From: Candidatus Eiseniibacteriota bacterium
Lineage (GTDB): Bacteria > Eisenbacteria > RBG-16-71-46
DNA length: 64,000 nt
NCBI GenBank assembly: GCA_963725865.1
Contig: CAVSAC010000010.1
Location: 288,001 to 352,000 of the forward strand
Direction: 5' to 3'
Position numbers and translations under genes: made by a program. Of this stretch, positions 9,179 to 21,142 are shown one piece after another; position 1 is the first letter of the stretch; every line of letters starts with the position of its first letter. The notes under the pieces are model-generated. The model was not told where the DNA came from, searched no databases, and saw only the letters and a program-made list of their open reading frames with translations.

Positions 9179-12100
9179 TCAGTGACCTACCACCACCACC
9201 CGCCCCTCCCCGATGGCTCGCTGACGAGCGCTGCTCTTTCCATCCTCGACGCGGGCGTAGACGTAAACCTTATAGAAGTAGACCCCGTTGGCCAGGGCGT
9301 CGCCGTCGGCGTCGAGCCCGTCCCACGGCAGCTGCACCTGACCGAGGCCGCCGGGGGCCACCAGGGTGCGGATGAGGCGTCCCGTGACGGTATACAGGCG
9401 CAACAGGACGTTGATCGAGTCGCCCGGTGCGTCCACCACGAACGTGCCGCCGCCGCCGGAGCCGCCGGAGCGGGCCGGGTTCGGGAACAGGTAGGTGCGG
9501 GCCACCGAGAGCGGCGGTGTGTCGACCACGTCGAATGCGATGACCGCGCTCGCGCGATGCTGTCCGGCCGACAGTCCGAGCGCCAGGTTGTCCGCCGCCG
9601 ACACCCGGATGGTGTGCGAGCCGGGAGCCAGGTCCGGCAGCTGGAAGGTCGCGTTGCCGTTCTGATACGAGTCCGCCGCGTAGCGGAACGACGAGGTGAT
9701 GTCGGTGCGGGTGGTGGTGTTGTCGTCGATGGTCACCACGATCCCGTTCTGCGGCGTGTGCGCCGTGGTCAGGATGCCGCTCGGATCCGCCAGGTCGACC
9801 TGCAGCAGGGCGTCCTTGCGCACCGAGGTCGAGCCGCCCGCGAACGACAGCGCGATGCGCGGGCCTTCGGCGTCCGAGGCCGAGCTGGTGCCCGCGGTGA
9901 CCGAGGTGAACACGCTGCCGGCGCCGTCGATGGTGCCGCCGGTCAGCGGAGTGCCCTGCACGTAGCCGCGCATGCGCGCGCGACCGCCGAGCCGCGCCTC
10001 CAACGGTGCCACGAACTTGCCCTCGAACCGGCCGCCGTGGACCGAGACGTCGCCGCGGAACATCGCGCCAGCGTAGTAATAGTAGAAGGGCCGGTCCAGG
10101 CAGCCCGGCACGTCGCGGCAGTCGGGCGCCTGCTCGCGCGGCTGCGAGTCCTCGATCAGCACGTCCGCGATACCCTCCAACGGCGCCAGCGGCGCGTCGG
10201 AGCGGGGCGACTCGCGCACCTCGCCGCGGTACGTCACGACCTGGCCCCGCCGCACGTCGGTCACCGGCGTGGTGCCGGCCGAATCCCAGATCGAGAACGT
10301 CACCCACAGCTCCGGCAGGTTGAGCCGCGCACCCGCGTCGCCCATCAGCTGGTACTTCTGCGAGTTCGTGGTCCCGGTCAGCTTGCCCGTCAGCAACGCG
10401 TCGGACAGGCCGACGAAGTAGCGCCCGGAACCGGCGAGGGTGTCGCGCTGGAAGATGCGCGTGAACACCGTGCGGTTGAGCGTCGCGTTCTCGCCGCTGA
10501 ATGCCTCCTCGGTCGCCGAGATCGCCCCCACGGCGCCGCCGGTCCCGCTCAGCACCAGCCGCTCGCCCAGCCCCTGCAACTCGGGGTCGTTGAACTTGCC
10601 GACGTCGCACGAGGCCGAGATGAAGACGGTCGGCTTGTCGTCGTTCTTCAGCGAGCCCGGATCGGAGTACAGGAACACGCCCTCGTCGCTGATCTTGAAC
10701 GCGCTTCCGTGTCCGACGAAGTTGAAGATCTGCACGCCCTCGTCGACGTACTTGAAGATGTCGGAGCGCGCGCCCGGCCGCGTGGAGCCGGGGCCGACCA
10801 GGTACTTGTGCAGGTACACGTAGCGCCGGTCGAGGTGCGGCGGCGTCGCGAATTCGTCCAACTCCGCGGTCTGGCGCAGGTGCGTCCACAACAGGAAGTC
10901 GGGTGAGTCGCCCTTCACGTCGTCGTCCGCCACCAGCATGAGGCGATTGCGGTAGACGCCGAACGGGGCCGTGCGCTCGTAGCTGAGCAGCTTCTTCACG
11001 TAGCCGAGCGCGGTGCTCGCGTCCTCGGCGGGAATGCGTCCGCCGAAGAAGTCCGGGATCACCTGGACGGCGTTGTCGACGTTCAGCATCCAGTCGTCGC
11101 TCGCGAACTGCCGGTCGAGGCCGAAGTCGAATCCGTTCTCGTACGACGGGATCAGCGTGCCCGGCCGCCCCGCGCCCGCCAGTCCGCGCAGGTCCTTGAA
11201 GTCGTACGAGGCGTCGCCGAGCAGCGTCACGAACTGCGGCCGCACCGCCCAGTTGTAGTACGCGGCGCGGAGGAAGTCGCGGATCGCGGCCGGATCCGTG
11301 CGCCCGCCCGAGAACTGGTCGTAGAGCGCAGAGATGGGGATGGACACCACTGTGAACGGCCCCGGCACGTCCACCGGCAGGCGCGTGCGCCGCCACGCGG
11401 CGAGCGAGTCCGCCGCCGCCTTGAATCCGTCGTAGTAGATGATGAGCGCCTGCGCCCGCTGCTCCTCGGACCCGAGGTCCTTGATCGCGACCTGCGCGAC
11501 CGGGGCATCCTCGATCTGGGCGCTCGGGACCGGAGCGATCAGGCTGTCCGGCAGGATGCGGTAGCGCCGCTGCCGCCCCTCGGTCCGCTCGAACACCACG
11601 GTCGAGATCCCCGGCGTGCCCGACGCCTGGTACGTCACGTCCGTGATCTCGAACGGTGCCAGCGGATCGGTCACGTCGAGGACGCGCGGCACGGTCGGCG
11701 AGGTGAACCCGGTGACGTGGTACTCCCACTGCCCGCCCCCGGCCTCGGACTCGAACGCCAGCTGTTCGCCGCTCGCCTCGAAGCGGCGGCGGTAGTAGAG
11801 CTCGACCCACGCGATCGTGATCTGATCGAAGCGAGTGAAACACGACCCGGCCGGCTGCGGCACCGTGAACTCGAGCGAGTTCCGGGTGTGCAACCCGGTC
11901 ATCACCGTGTCGATGATGCGCGTCGCGTAGAGCTGGCTCCACTCGAGGCGCGGCAGCGCGATCCCGTTGAACTGGGTGTCGAGCAGGTGCAACGCCGGCG
12001 GCACGCCGCCGTAGTCGCAGGGGTCGCTCGCGCCCATCCCCCACACCCGCGCGCGCAGCCGGAAGCTCTGCGTGGTGTCGGCGCCGGGCGCGTCCGGCGT

Positions 12101-13474
12101 GGGGTCCTCGATCACGAACGTCTTCCCGTTCTGCAGCGACTTCCAGAACCATTTCTCCCAGAACAGATTCAGCCGGTTGCTCAGCTGCGGCGGGGCGTTC
12201 GGGAAGTACTCGTAGTCCCGCTCGTAGTGCACCCGCTGCGGGAACGTCGCGGGCACCGTCGCGCTCCCGGTCACCTGGCCGGAGCGCAGGCCGATGCGCT
12301 GGGGCACACCGCCGACGGGGGTCTCGTCCCCCGTGCCGTCGCCGGCGATCGTGAGGTAGTAATAGTTGGTCGTCTCGTAGGGATGATCGATGAACAGCGT
12401 GTCGGCGTACGTCGAGTCGTACACGCTCGACCAGCCGCTCGGTCCGAGTGCGTAGAAGTAGAAGTACTCGTCGTTGCGGTCGAGCGTGTCGTTGGTCGCC
12501 GCCGGGTTCTCGACGAATCGCAGCGCGACCTCCTGGTAGCCGCACAGGTCGCAGTACTGGTTCTCCGGCATCACCGGGAAGCCGGGCCAGGTGAACAGCC
12601 GCAGGCTGTCGAGCGGTACGTTGGTCCGGCCGTTGAACAGCTTGAGATTGCGCAGCTGCGAGAACTGCACCTTGTAGAACCCGTCGGACTGGATCGCGAT
12701 CTTGATCCACTGGTGCTGGGCGAAGACGGTATCGCCGTGAACGATGCGACCGGCCTTGAGCGCGCTGGCCGGCATTGCCGCGGCGCGGTCCTGCTCCGCG
12801 CGGCGCCACGCCCGCCCCTGTTCCGGATTGACCAGCGCCCCCGCCAGCACGCCGTCGAACGCGGACTCGATGGGCGCTGCGGCGATGTCGCCGCCGACGG
12901 CGGCGCCGGCGCCGTCCACCTCGACGGTGACATCCACCTGGCGCACCGCGGTCAGTCGCCGCGCGGCGGCGTCGTAATCGAGCGGCTGGATGGCGATCCG
13001 CGCCACCCGCTGGTCGCGGAGCCAGCCGATCCCGAGCAGGCGCGCGCGAGCGCCGAGCCGCGGGCCGGCCTGCGCGTACGCGCTGCGCAGGCGCGGCGGG
13101 CTGTCGAACTCGCGCCCCGGCGACGCGAGGGGCATCGGCGCCAGCAGCACCCCCTCGCGCACGACCGGCTCGCCCGCCTGCGCGCGCACGCGCACATCGC
13201 CCGTGGGCGGCACGGCGACCGTGAGCACGCGTTCCGGGAGCCCGGGCTCGGTGGCCGGGCCGACCACGGTGTAGCCGTCCATCGCGATCTCGGTGAGCGA
13301 GGCGTCCCCCGGGTGCGGCGTGAGCGCCGGCGGCGGAACGTCGACCACGAAGTGGATGGTGGTCCCGCCCGACGGCAGCAGCGTCACCGCTTCGGGTCGC
13401 GCCCCTGCCGCGCGGGTCCCTCCCGCCATCACCAGGAACGCCACGGCGAGCGGGACGAGCGGATGGTGGCGCAT
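9179..13474 (-). CDS. porU: PorU-like C25 (gingipain-family) sortase with C-terminal FlgD-Ig/CTD
   Basis: WIKIAIQSDGFYKV; LYDQFSGGRTDPAAIRDFL; LLGDASYD; catalytic FVGHGS and SASCDVGKF; YQLMGDA; DAEGPRI module; ANGVYFYKV. Start placed at the signal peptide MRHHPLVPLAVAFLV. Confidence 0.85.
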   Translation of the reverse strand: MRHHPLVPLAVAFLVMAGGTRAAGARPEAVTLLPSGGTTIHFVVDVPPPALTPHPGDASLTEIAMDGYTVVGPATEPGLPERVLTVAVPPTGDVRVRAQAGEPVVREGVLLAPMPLASPGREFDSPPRLRSAYAQAGPRLGARARLLGIGWLRDQRVARIAIQPLDYDAAARRLTAVRQVDVTVEVDGAGAAVGGDIAAAPIESAFDGVLAGALVNPEQGRAWRRAEQDRAAAMPASALKAGRIVHGDTVFAQHQWIKIAIQSDGFYKVQFSQLRNLKLFNGRTNVPLDSLRLFTWPGFPVMPENQYCDLCGYQEVALRFVENPAATNDTLDRNDEYFYFYALGPSGWSSVYDSTYADTLFIDHPYETTNYYYLTIAGDGTGDETPVGGVPQRIGLRSGQVTGSATVPATFPQRVHYERDYEYFPNAPPQLSNRLNLFWEKWFWKSLQNGKTFVIEDPTPDAPGADTTQSFRLRARVWGMGASDPCDYGGVPPALHLLDTQFNGIALPRLEWSQLYATRIIDTVMTGLHTRNSLEFTVPQPAGSCFTRFDQITIAWVELYYRRRFEASGEQLAFESEAGGGQWEYHVTGFTSPTVPRVLDVTDPLAPFEITDVTYQASGTPGISTVVFERTEGRQRRYRILPDSLIAPVPSAQIEDAPVAQVAIKDLGSEEQRAQALIIYYDGFKAAADSLAAWRRTRLPVDVPGPFTVVSIPISALYDQFSGGRTDPAAIRDFLRAAYYNWAVRPQFVTLLGDASYDFKDLRGLAGAGRPGTLIPSYENGFDFGLDRQFASDDWMLNVDNAVQVIPDFFGGRIPAEDASTALGYVKKLLSYERTAPFGVYRNRLMLVADDDVKGDSPDFLLWTHLRQTAELDEFATPPHLDRRYVYLHKYLVGPGSTRPGARSDIFKYVDEGVQIFNFVGHGSAFKISDEGVFLYSDPGSLKNDDKPTVFISASCDVGKFNDPELQGLGERLVLSGTGGAVGAISATEEAFSGENATLNRTVFTRIFQRDTLAGSGRYFVGLSDALLTGKLTGTTNSQKYQLMGDAGARLNLPELWVTFSIWDSAGTTPVTDVRRGQVVTYRGEVRESPRSDAPLAPLEGIADVLIEDSQPREQAPDCRDVPGCLDRPFYYYYAGAMFRGDVSVHGGRFEGKFVAPLEARLGGRARMRGYVQGTPLTGGTIDGAGSVFTSVTAGTSSASDAEGPRIALSFAGGSTSVRKDALLQVDLADPSGILTTAHTPQNGIVVTIDDNTTTRTDITSSFRYAADSYQNGNATFQLPDLAPGSHTIRVSAADNLALGLSAGQHRASAVIAFDVVDTPPLSVARTYLFPNPARSGGSGGGGTFVVDAPGDSINVLLRLYTVTGRLIRTLVAPGGLGQVQLPWDGLDADGDALANGVYFYKVYVYARVEDGKSSARQRAIGEGRVVVVGH

Positions 13475-13497
13475 CGCCGAGGACCGCGCGACGGAGC

Positions 13498-13662
13498 TCA
13501 GAAGGACTCCACCCCGTCGACGAAGTCCGGGATGTCGTCGACGATCCGGTAGCGCAGGCGACATTTCGCGCAGGAGAGCGCGGAGGCCGCGGGATCGTAG
13601 TCGAGGTCCCCCTTGCAGGCGGGGCACACGAGGATGCTCAGGAAATCGGGGCTCAGGACCAT
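13498..13662 (-). CDS. Trm112/YcaR-like small zinc-ribbon protein
   Basis: Own translation MVLSPDFLSILVCPACKGDLDYDPAASALSCAKCRLRYRIVDDIPDFVDGVESF (54 aa, not in the ORF track). Confidence 0.85.
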   Translation of the reverse strand: MVLSPDFLSILVCPACKGDLDYDPAASALSCAKCRLRYRIVDDIPDFVDGVESF

Positions 13663-13826
13663 GGGATTCCTCGGAGGGCTCGCGCGGCGTGTTCGGCGCC
13701 GGCCGTGATCGGTTGCCCGGCCCGCGTCAGGGTGTCTCGGAAGTAGCTAGATGCGTGGGCGAGTCCCTCTCCGGATGGCGGCCAGCGACGACGCGGAGCG
13801 AGTCTAGCCAGCGGCTCCGAGTGGGG

Positions 13827-14783
13827 TCAAGCCTCCCGGAAAACCCCCATGCGCCGGTACTTCATCAGGCGCCGTTCGACCAGCTCCGGCCCTGATACAC
13901 CGGAGAGCCGGTCCAGGTGCCCGACGATCGCGCGTTTCACCTCGGCCGCGGTCGCATCGTGGTCGCGGTGCGCCCCCCCGACCGGCTCGGGGAGAATGCC
14001 GTCCACGATCCCCAGCCGCTCGAGGTCCGCCGCGGTCATGCGCAGCGCCTCGGCCGCCTGGGGGGCCTTCTTGCCGTCGCGCCACAGGATCGAAGCGCAG
14101 CCCTCCGGCGAGATCACCGAGTACACCGAGTTCTCGAGCATCAGGACCACGTCGGCCACCGCGATCGCGAGCGCTCCGCCCGAACCGCCTTCGCCGATCA
14201 CGACCGTCACGATCGGGGTGGCGAGCCGCGCCATCTCGCGCAGGTTGACGGCGATCGCCTCCGCCTGCCCGCGCTCCTCGGCCCCGAGCCCGGGATAGGC
14301 GCCGGGCGTGTCGACCAGCGTCACCACCGGCAGGTGGAAGCGCTCGGCGGTGCGCATCAGCCGCAGGGCCTTGCGATAGCCCTCGGGGTTCGGCATCCCG
14401 AAGCGCCGGTAGAGGTTCTCCTTGGTGTCGCGCCCCTTCTGCTGGCCCACCAGCAGCACCGGTCGCTCGTCGATGCTCGCGAGGCCCGCCACGATCGCCG
14501 GATCGTCCGCGAAGTGGCGGTCGCCGTGCAGCTCGGTGAAGCCGGTGCAGATCCGCTCGATGTAGTCGAGCGTGTAGGGCCGCCGCGGATGGCGGGCGAG
14601 CTGGACGCGCTGGTAGGCACTCAGGTTGGCGTAGATCTCGCGCCGCAGCTCGTCCGCCTTGCGCTCGAGGTCCGCCAGCTCGTCGTCCGCGCGCAGCCCC
14701 TGGCCCTCGGCGTGGGCGCGCAGCTCGGCGATCTTCTGCTCCAGCTCGAGCACCGGCTTCTCGAAGTCGAGCCAGGTCGTCAT
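13827..14783 (-). CDS. accA: Acetyl-CoA carboxylase carboxyltransferase alpha subunit
   Basis: [10 protein letters not shown]...[13 protein letters not shown]...VDTPGAYPG...[14 protein letters not shown] overlap with dnaE. Confidence 0.97.
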   Translation of the reverse strand: MTTWLDFEKPVLELEQKIAELRAHAEGQGLRADDELADLERKADELRREIYANLSAYQRVQLARHPRRPYTLDYIERICTGFTELHGDRHFADDPAIVAGLASIDERPVLLVGQQKGRDTKENLYRRFGMPNPEGYRKALRLMRTAERFHLPVVTLVDTPGAYPGLGAEERGQAEAIAVNLREMARLATPIVTVVIGEGGSGGALAIAVADVVLMLENSVYSVISPEGCASILWRDGKKAPQAAEALRMTAADLERLGIVDGILPEPVGGAHRDHDATAAEVKRAIVGHLDRLSGVSGPELVERRLMKYRRMGVFREA

Positions 14784-17700
14784 GCGGCTCCCTTCCCCCA
14801 GCGCGCGCGCAGCCCTGGGCAGCACTCGCGCAGCGTCGTGATGACGGCGTCGTCCTCGGACACGCGATAGCGCCGCGAACGCATTGCCAGCCGCGAGTGA
14901 TCGGGACGCACGATGTGAAGATACACCTCCGACTCGCCGGGATGCGCCGACAATGCGGTGTCGATGTCCTCCAGGCGCCGCTCGTCCAGCTCCTCGGCGC
15001 GCATCTCGATGTGCAGCGCGGACCGATAGGCGATGCTGGCCTCCGCGAGCGGCTTCAGGTCCGCGAGCAGCAGCTTGATGCCGCGGTCCTCGCGCACCTC
15101 GATGCGCCCGCTCGCCACCACCACCTCGTCCACGACCAGCCGCGCGCGCACCTGGTCGTGCACGTCGGGGAACACCGTGCACTCGATGCGCCCGGTCAGG
15201 TCCTCGAGCGTGACGATCGCCATCAGCTTGCCCGACTTGGTCGTGATCGGCTTGAGCTCGGCGATCAGTCCGGCCAGGCGCACTTCGGTCTGATCCTCGA
15301 GCGTCAGCGCCTCGCCGATCGGATGCGTGGCGAGCTTGGCGAGCCGCTCCCGCATGGGCTCCAGCGGATGCTCGCTCAGGTAGAAGCCGAGCGCCTCCTT
15401 CTCGCGCGCGCTGCGCTCGCGGCTGGTCCACGCCGGCACCGACGGCAGCGCGGGTGCCGCGACCGCGACCGAGCCCTCGCCCTCGCCGAACAGCGACGAC
15501 TGGCCGCTCGCGCGCTCGCGCGCCAGCGCCGCCGCCTGCTCGAGCACCCGGCCCGCGACCGCGAACAGCGCCCCGCGTTCCCCGCCGAGCGCGTCGCACG
15601 CCCCGGCCGCGACCAGGCTCTCGAGCACGCGCCGGTTCAGCGTGCGCGCGTCGGTGCGCGAGGCGAGGTCCCACAGGCTCGCGAACGCACCGCCCGCGTC
15701 GCGCGCGGCCAGCATCGCCTCGACCGCCCCCTGCCCGACGTTGCGCACCGCGCCGAGCCCGAAGCGGATCGCGTCGCCCTCGATCGTGAACTTCCAGCCC
15801 GAGCGGTTGAGGTCCGGCGGCAGCACCGCGATGCGCATGCGCCGGCACTCCTCGATCAGCGTGACGATGCGCGTGCTGTCCGCCATCTCGGAGGTGAGCG
15901 TGGCGGCCATGAACTCGGCCGGGTGGTGCGCCTTGAGGTAGGCGCACTGGTACGCGACGAGCGCGTAGGCGGCGGAGTGGCTCTTGTTGAACCCGTAGCC
16001 CGCGAACTTCTCCATCGTCGCGAAGATCTTCTCGGCCTTCGCGGCGGAGATCTTGTGATGGACGCAGCCCTCGACGAACGCCTTCCGCTTCGCCTCCATC
16101 TCGTCGACGAGCTTCTTGCCCATCGCGCGCCGGAGTTCGTCGGCTTGAGCCATGGTGAAGCCGGCGAGGCGGTTCGCCGCGGCCATGACCTGTTCCTGGT
16201 AGACGAACACACCGTAGGTGCCCTGCAGGATAGGCTCGAGCCCGGGGTGCTCATACCGCGCCACCTGCCGACCGTGCTTGCAGTCGATGAAGTACGGGAT
16301 GTTCTCCATCGGACCCGGCCGATAGAGGGCATTCATCGCGATCAGGTCTTCGAGCACCGTCGGTCGCAGGCGCTTGAGGTAGTCCCGCATGCCCGAGGAC
16401 TCGAACTGGAAGATCGCAACGGTATCGGCGTCCTGGAACACCTTGTACGCCGCCGCGTCGTCGACCGGCAGCGTCTCGATGTCGAGCTCGACCCCGTGAT
16501 GCGCCTTCACCAGCTCCACGCATTCTTGCAGCACCGAGAGCGTTCGCAGGCCGAGGAAGTCCATCTTGAGCAATCCGGCCTTCTCGACCGACTTCATGTC
16601 CCACTGCGTCGTGACCGACTCGTCCTTCTGGCGGTAGAGCGGCACGTAGTCGAGCAGCGGCCCGGGCGTGATCAGCACGCCTGCCGCGTGCGTCGAGGCG
16701 TGGCGCGCGAGGCCCTCGAGCGTCTTCGCGCCGCGCAGCAGCCGCTCGAATTCCGGGCCGCGCTGGCCCAGGTTCTTGAGCTCGGGCGACAGCTCGAACG
16801 CGCGGTCGAGCGTCATGCCCAGCCCGTCGGGCACCAGCTTGGCCAGCTCGTTCTGGCTCGCGGGCGGCATGCCGAGCGCGCGCGCCACGTCGCGCACCAC
16901 GCCCTTGGCACCCATGGTGCCGAACGTGATGATCTGCGTGACGCTGGTCTCGCCGTACTTCTGTTTCACGTAGTCGATGACCTCGTGGCGGCGGAGGTCG
17001 TCGAAGTCGATGTCGATGTCCGGCATGGTGACGCGGCCGGGATTGAGGAAGCGCTCGAAGATCAGGTTGTAGCGCAACGGATCGATGTCGGTGATGCGCA
17101 GCGCGTACGCCACCAGCGAGCCGGCGACCGAGCCGCGCCCCGGGCCCACGCCGATGCCGTGCGACTTCGCGAAGTGGATGAAGTCGTGGACGATCAGGAA
17201 GTACGACGCGAAGCCCATCTGGCAGATCACGTCCAGCTCGTACTCGAAGCGCTTGTGCATCTCCTCGGTGACCGCGTGGAAGCCGCCGAAGCGCTCGTGC
17301 AGGCCCGTCCACGCCAGCTCGCGCATCACCTCGTCGGCGGTCTTGCCGGGCGGCAGCGGGAACTCCGGCAGCAGCGGCTTGCCGAACGCCATCTGCAGGT
17401 TGCAGCGCTCGGCGACCGCGAGCGTGTTCTTCAGCGCGTCCGGGAAGTCGGTGAACGCCGCCGCCATCTCGGCCGGATCGCGGAAGTGGAGCTGCGCCAG
17501 CGCGTGCATGCGCTGCGCATCGTGGATCGTCTTGCCGGTCTGGATGCAGAGCAGGATGTCCTGCGCGTCGGTGTCGTCGGCGGACAGGTAGTGGCAGTCG
17601 TTGGTCGCCACGATCGGGATGCCGCTGCGCGCCGACAGCGCGCGCACCTTCTCGCGGATCTTCACCTCGATGTCGAGCCCGTGGTTCTGCACCTCGAGGA

Positions 17701-18211
17701 AGTAGTTCTCGGCGCCGAACATGTCGCGGTACGTCATCGCGGTCTTCAGCGCCGCGTCGTCGCGGTCCTCGAGCAGGTCGGTCGCCACCTCGCCCTGCGG
17801 GCAGGCGGAAAGCGCGAGCAGGCCGTCGGCGTACTGCGCCAGGATCTCGTGGTCGACGCGCGGCTTGTAGTAGAAGCCCTCGAGGTAGGCGAGCGAGGAC
17901 AGCCGCATCAGGTTGCGGAAGCCCGCCTCGTCGCGCGCCAGCAGCACCAGGTGGTGGGCGCTCGGCCTGGAGCGGTCCGTGCGCGAAGTGCGCGAGACGT
18001 ACGCCTCCATGCCGATGATGGGCTTCACGCCAGCCTTGCGCGCCGCGTTGTAGAACTCGATCGCGCCGAACATCGCGCCGTGGTCCGTGAGCGCGAGCGC
18101 GGGCATCTTCAGCTCGGCCGCGCGCGCCACCATCCCGGGGATGGAGCTGGCGCCATCGAGCAGCGAGTAGTCACTGTGGTTGTGGAGATGGACGAAGTCG
18201 GCGTGTCTCAT
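14780..18211 (-). CDS. dnaE: DNA polymerase III alpha subunit
   Basis: [15 protein letters not shown] (PHP domain), [32 protein letters not shown]. Confidence 0.98.
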   Translation of the reverse strand: MRHADFVHLHNHSDYSLLDGASSIPGMVARAAELKMPALALTDHGAMFGAIEFYNAARKAGVKPIIGMEAYVSRTSRTDRSRPSAHHLVLLARDEAGFRNLMRLSSLAYLEGFYYKPRVDHEILAQYADGLLALSACPQGEVATDLLEDRDDAALKTAMTYRDMFGAENYFLEVQNHGLDIEVKIREKVRALSARSGIPIVATNDCHYLSADDTDAQDILLCIQTGKTIHDAQRMHALAQLHFRDPAEMAAAFTDFPDALKNTLAVAERCNLQMAFGKPLLPEFPLPPGKTADEVMRELAWTGLHERFGGFHAVTEEMHKRFEYELDVICQMGFASYFLIVHDFIHFAKSHGIGVGPGRGSVAGSLVAYALRITDIDPLRYNLIFERFLNPGRVTMPDIDIDFDDLRRHEVIDYVKQKYGETSVTQIITFGTMGAKGVVRDVARALGMPPASQNELAKLVPDGLGMTLDRAFELSPELKNLGQRGPEFERLLRGAKTLEGLARHASTHAAGVLITPGPLLDYVPLYRQKDESVTTQWDMKSVEKAGLLKMDFLGLRTLSVLQECVELVKAHHGVELDIETLPVDDAAAYKVFQDADTVAIFQFESSGMRDYLKRLRPTVLEDLIAMNALYRPGPMENIPYFIDCKHGRQVARYEHPGLEPILQGTYGVFVYQEQVMAAANRLAGFTMAQADELRRAMGKKLVDEMEAKRKAFVEGCVHHKISAAKAEKIFATMEKFAGYGFNKSHSAAYALVAYQCAYLKAHHPAEFMAATLTSEMADSTRIVTLIEECRRMRIAVLPPDLNRSGWKFTIEGDAIRFGLGAVRNVGQGAVEAMLAARDAGGAFASLWDLASRTDARTLNRRVLESLVAAGACDALGGERGALFAVAGRVLEQAAALARERASGQSSLFGEGEGSVAVAAPALPSVPAWTSRERSAREKEALGFYLSEHPLEPMRERLAKLATHPIGEALTLEDQTEVRLAGLIAELKPITTKSGKLMAIVTLEDLTGRIECTVFPDVHDQVRARLVVDEVVVASGRIEVREDRGIKLLLADLKPLAEASIAYRSALHIEMRAEELDERRLEDIDTALSAHPGESEVYLHIVRPDHSRLAMRSRRYRVSEDDAVITTLRECCPGLRARWGKGAA

Positions 18212-18299
18212 GGCGCGTCCTGCGCAGGAAGCCCGCCGACTCGCGCGCCCGACGGGGTGAACAACACTCAGGGCGTCGCGGGGACCGGCACGTCGCGGG

Positions 18300-20473
18300 T
18301 CAATCTAGCACGAAGCGGCCGCTCGAGCGACGGGTGTTCCCCGCGCGATCGGCGACCACGACCTGGTAGACGTGCGCGCCCTTCGCGGGCGGAGCGAGCG
18401 GCTTCCAGCGCAGCAGTCCGACCTCGGAGTCCCACTCGCTCGGCACGCGCCGGCCGTCCACGGTGAAGTACGAGCCGCGCGCATCGACGCCGCTGCCGCC
18501 GTCCGACGCGCGCGCCTCGAGCGCCCAGCGCGAGTACGGCGTGCGCGCCGCGCGACGCGGGGCCTTGAGCGGCGCGACGATGGGCGGCGTGTCGTCGATG
18601 GCGACCGCGAACGAGCCGAGCCGCCGCGTCGAGGCGACGAGGCTACCGCCTTCACGCTTCGACGAGAGCCACGACCAGCCCGAGCCGTCGTCCTGGTAGA
18701 AGCCGATCCGCTCCGCGCTGTCGGCGGACGGGACCGCGAGGCTCACGCCGAACGGCTTGCGCAGCGGCTCGAGCGTGGGGCCAAACACGAGGCCTCGACC
18801 CACCGGCCGCAACCCCGCCGGGAGCGCCGAGGGCGGACCGCCCAGAATCAGCGCGAAAGGCTCGAACTGGGCCTCGGCCAGTCCGGGCCAGTTCCCTCGG
18901 AACGCCAGCTCGCCGTCGCCGGCGGGCCGCGTCCGGACCACCCAGGCGGAATCCGTCGCCGACCAGTGCACGTCGTGATCGCGTTCCGCCACCGCCCGAA
19001 TCGGGATTCGCGAGGCCGCGCCGACGTCCAGCACCGCCACCCATCGATGTCCGTCGCGCACCGCCCGCCAGCGCCGCGTCTTCAAGTCGGACTCGCTCGT
19101 GCGTGTCCCCGTCGACGAGACCGAGGATCTCACGAGCGACTCGGCCACGACTTCGAACCACACCGCACGCGCGTCCTTCGGAACGTCGGAGCAGCTCACG
19201 CGCAGGTATGGAAACGGCAGCGGATCGTAGTCGAGGCGGACCGTGTTCGATTCGACGGCGCCCGCTGATGCGGGCGCGCGCTCGGCTCCCGCCACGCCCC
19301 GCTCCCCCACCCGCGGCGCCCTCAGCACCAGCGCGCGCTCGGTCACGTGCCCGGCGACGTCCCGCGCGCGGAAGATCGCGGCGCGCGGGGGATCGCCCGG
19401 GCGCACGGTCAGTGTGCCCGCGTCCTGCTCGAGCGGCGCGTCACTCTGGATCACGCGCGGCCGCATCCCGGCCGAGGCCCACGGCGCCAGCGCGCGGCGC
19501 GGCAGGTCGGTCGCGCGGCCACGATCGTAGACGTAGTCGATCTCGGACATGCCGTCCAGCCACGACATGCTGTCGAACACGCACGCGGTGCGCACGCCCT
19601 GCCACTCCACCTCGGTGCTCCACGCCGCCATGTGATCGCCGCTCTCGGCCGGATCGTAGGCGTCGAGCACCGCGCGCACGCGGCCCTGCACCAGCACCGT
19701 GTCGGGACGCGCGCGCAAGCATCGACGCGCCGCGGCGCCGGCGAGCGCTCGACGTACGAGGTGTCGTCGAGCGGCTCCAGCCACACCGCGTCGATGCGCG
19801 GCGGCAGCGTATCGTTCCATGTCAGACCGGCGCGCGGCGGCGCGTACGCCATATCGGCGCGGCGGATCTCGAAGTGGAAGTGCGGGCCGCCGGCACCGCT
19901 GTTGCCGGTCCAGCCGAGCCGCTGGCCGCTCTTCACCGGGATCGCGCCCGCCGCGGGCCACAGGTCCTGCTCGTACTGCCCGGACGACTCCTGCACCGCG
20001 GCGACGTACTTCGCCAGCGGGGCGTCGAACGCGTCGAGATGGCCGTACACCAGCAGGCGTCCGTCGGGAGTCTGCAGGTAGATCGAGCGGCCGTAGCCGA
20101 CGCCCGAGGCGCGCACCCTGACGATCTCGCCGTCCGCGCACGCGTACACCGGCTTGCCGGTGACGCCGCCGGTGGAGAAGTCGAGGCCGGCGTGGAAGTG
20201 GCCGGTCCGGTACTCGCCGAAGTCCCCGGTCACCACCAGCGGCAGATCGAGCGGCGGGCGGTCGAGTGCCGGCCACCAGGCGGGTGCCTCGGTGGGCACC
20301 GCCGCCCGCGCGGCTCCCACCCCCGGTTCCGCCGCCAGCACGGCGGGCGCACGCGCCGCCAGTGCCAGGAGACATAAGTAGAGTAGCGCGCCGGCCGCGC
20401 GAGGCCCGCGCGCGCGGTCCTGCACGGCGGCCGTTGCAGCGCGCACGACCGGAAGTGCCGAAGAGTGGGTCAT
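18300..20473 (-). CDS. M23 family metallopeptidase with long C-terminal extension; one frameshift near 19720
   Basis: N-half in ORF 19451..20617 (FGEYRTGHFHAGLDF, YGHL, GPHFHFEIR); C-half in the frame of ORF 18300..20375 (DDTPPIV...DRAGN). Confidence 0.8.
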
Positions 20474-20637
20474 CGGCCGCACCCTACACCGCAATTGCAA
20501 TGGACGTACACCTCCAACGCGTCGGCTCGCCCAACCCGGATCGATGGCACCGCGCTTGCGTGACGAGCGCGCGCATCGGTGACGGTGATCACTCTCTCGT
20601 ATCCCGTCCCGGGACACCGGCGCAAGGAGGCCAGGTC

Positions 20638-21126
20638 GTGAAACACCCTCGTATCCCCGCGGTGATCACTTCGCTCGCGCTGATGGCGCTGCTCGCCGGC
20701 TGTGGCGACAGCTCCTCGCCGACGCAGCCCAACATGTCGTTCGACACCACGCCGCCGCCCGCACCGACCGCGCTCACCATGACGCTGGATGGCCCGACCG
20801 GGACCTACCAGCTGAACTGGGACGCGAGCGCGGCTCCCGACGTGGCGACTTACCAGGTGTACCAGTACTCGCCCGACCCGTCTCGCGAGAGCGCCTATGT
20901 GCTGCTCGGCGAGGCGACGGCAGCCGAGTTCCACCCGGCCACGCCGGACAAGCCGACCACCTGCGTCTTCCGCGTCCAGGCGGTGGACGCGTCCGGCAAT
21001 CACAGCGCGTTCTCCGCGGCGCTCACGGTCCCGATGATGTCCGTCCGTCCGCTCGGCTACGGCGGCGGCGGCGGCGCCTCGCCGGGAGCCGACAAGGACT
21101 ACAAGCGCAAGATGACGGACGAGTAG
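20638..21126 (+). CDS. Lipoprotein with a fibronectin-III-like domain
   Basis: AAGGAGG RBS before GTG; lipobox LAGC; DTTPPPAPT...LNWDAS...YQVY...FRVQAVDASGNHSAFS. Confidence 0.8.
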   Translation: MKHPRIPAVITSLALMALLAGCGDSSSPTQPNMSFDTTPPPAPTALTMTLDGPTGTYQLNWDASAAPDVATYQVYQYSPDPSRESAYVLLGEATAAEFHPATPDKPTTCVFRVQAVDASGNHSAFSAALTVPMMSVRPLGYGGGGGASPGADKDYKRKMTDE

Positions 21127-21142
21127 CGATCGGTTCACGTGC

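Noticed and set aside
9179..13627. ORF-track start of the porU-like gene at 13627
   Set aside because: It overlaps the Trm112-like gene in another frame; the signal peptide starts at 13474.
14780..18211. Possible intein in DnaE
   Set aside because: 1143 aa with contiguous motifs; no insertion seen.
389..18466. Long opposite-strand or alternate-frame ORFs (389..2983, 5882..8116, 9270..12809, 14897..18466; also 56785..60282 and 59892..62561)
   Set aside because: Arg/Ala/Gly-rich shadow frames of real genes, expected at this GC content; no motifs.
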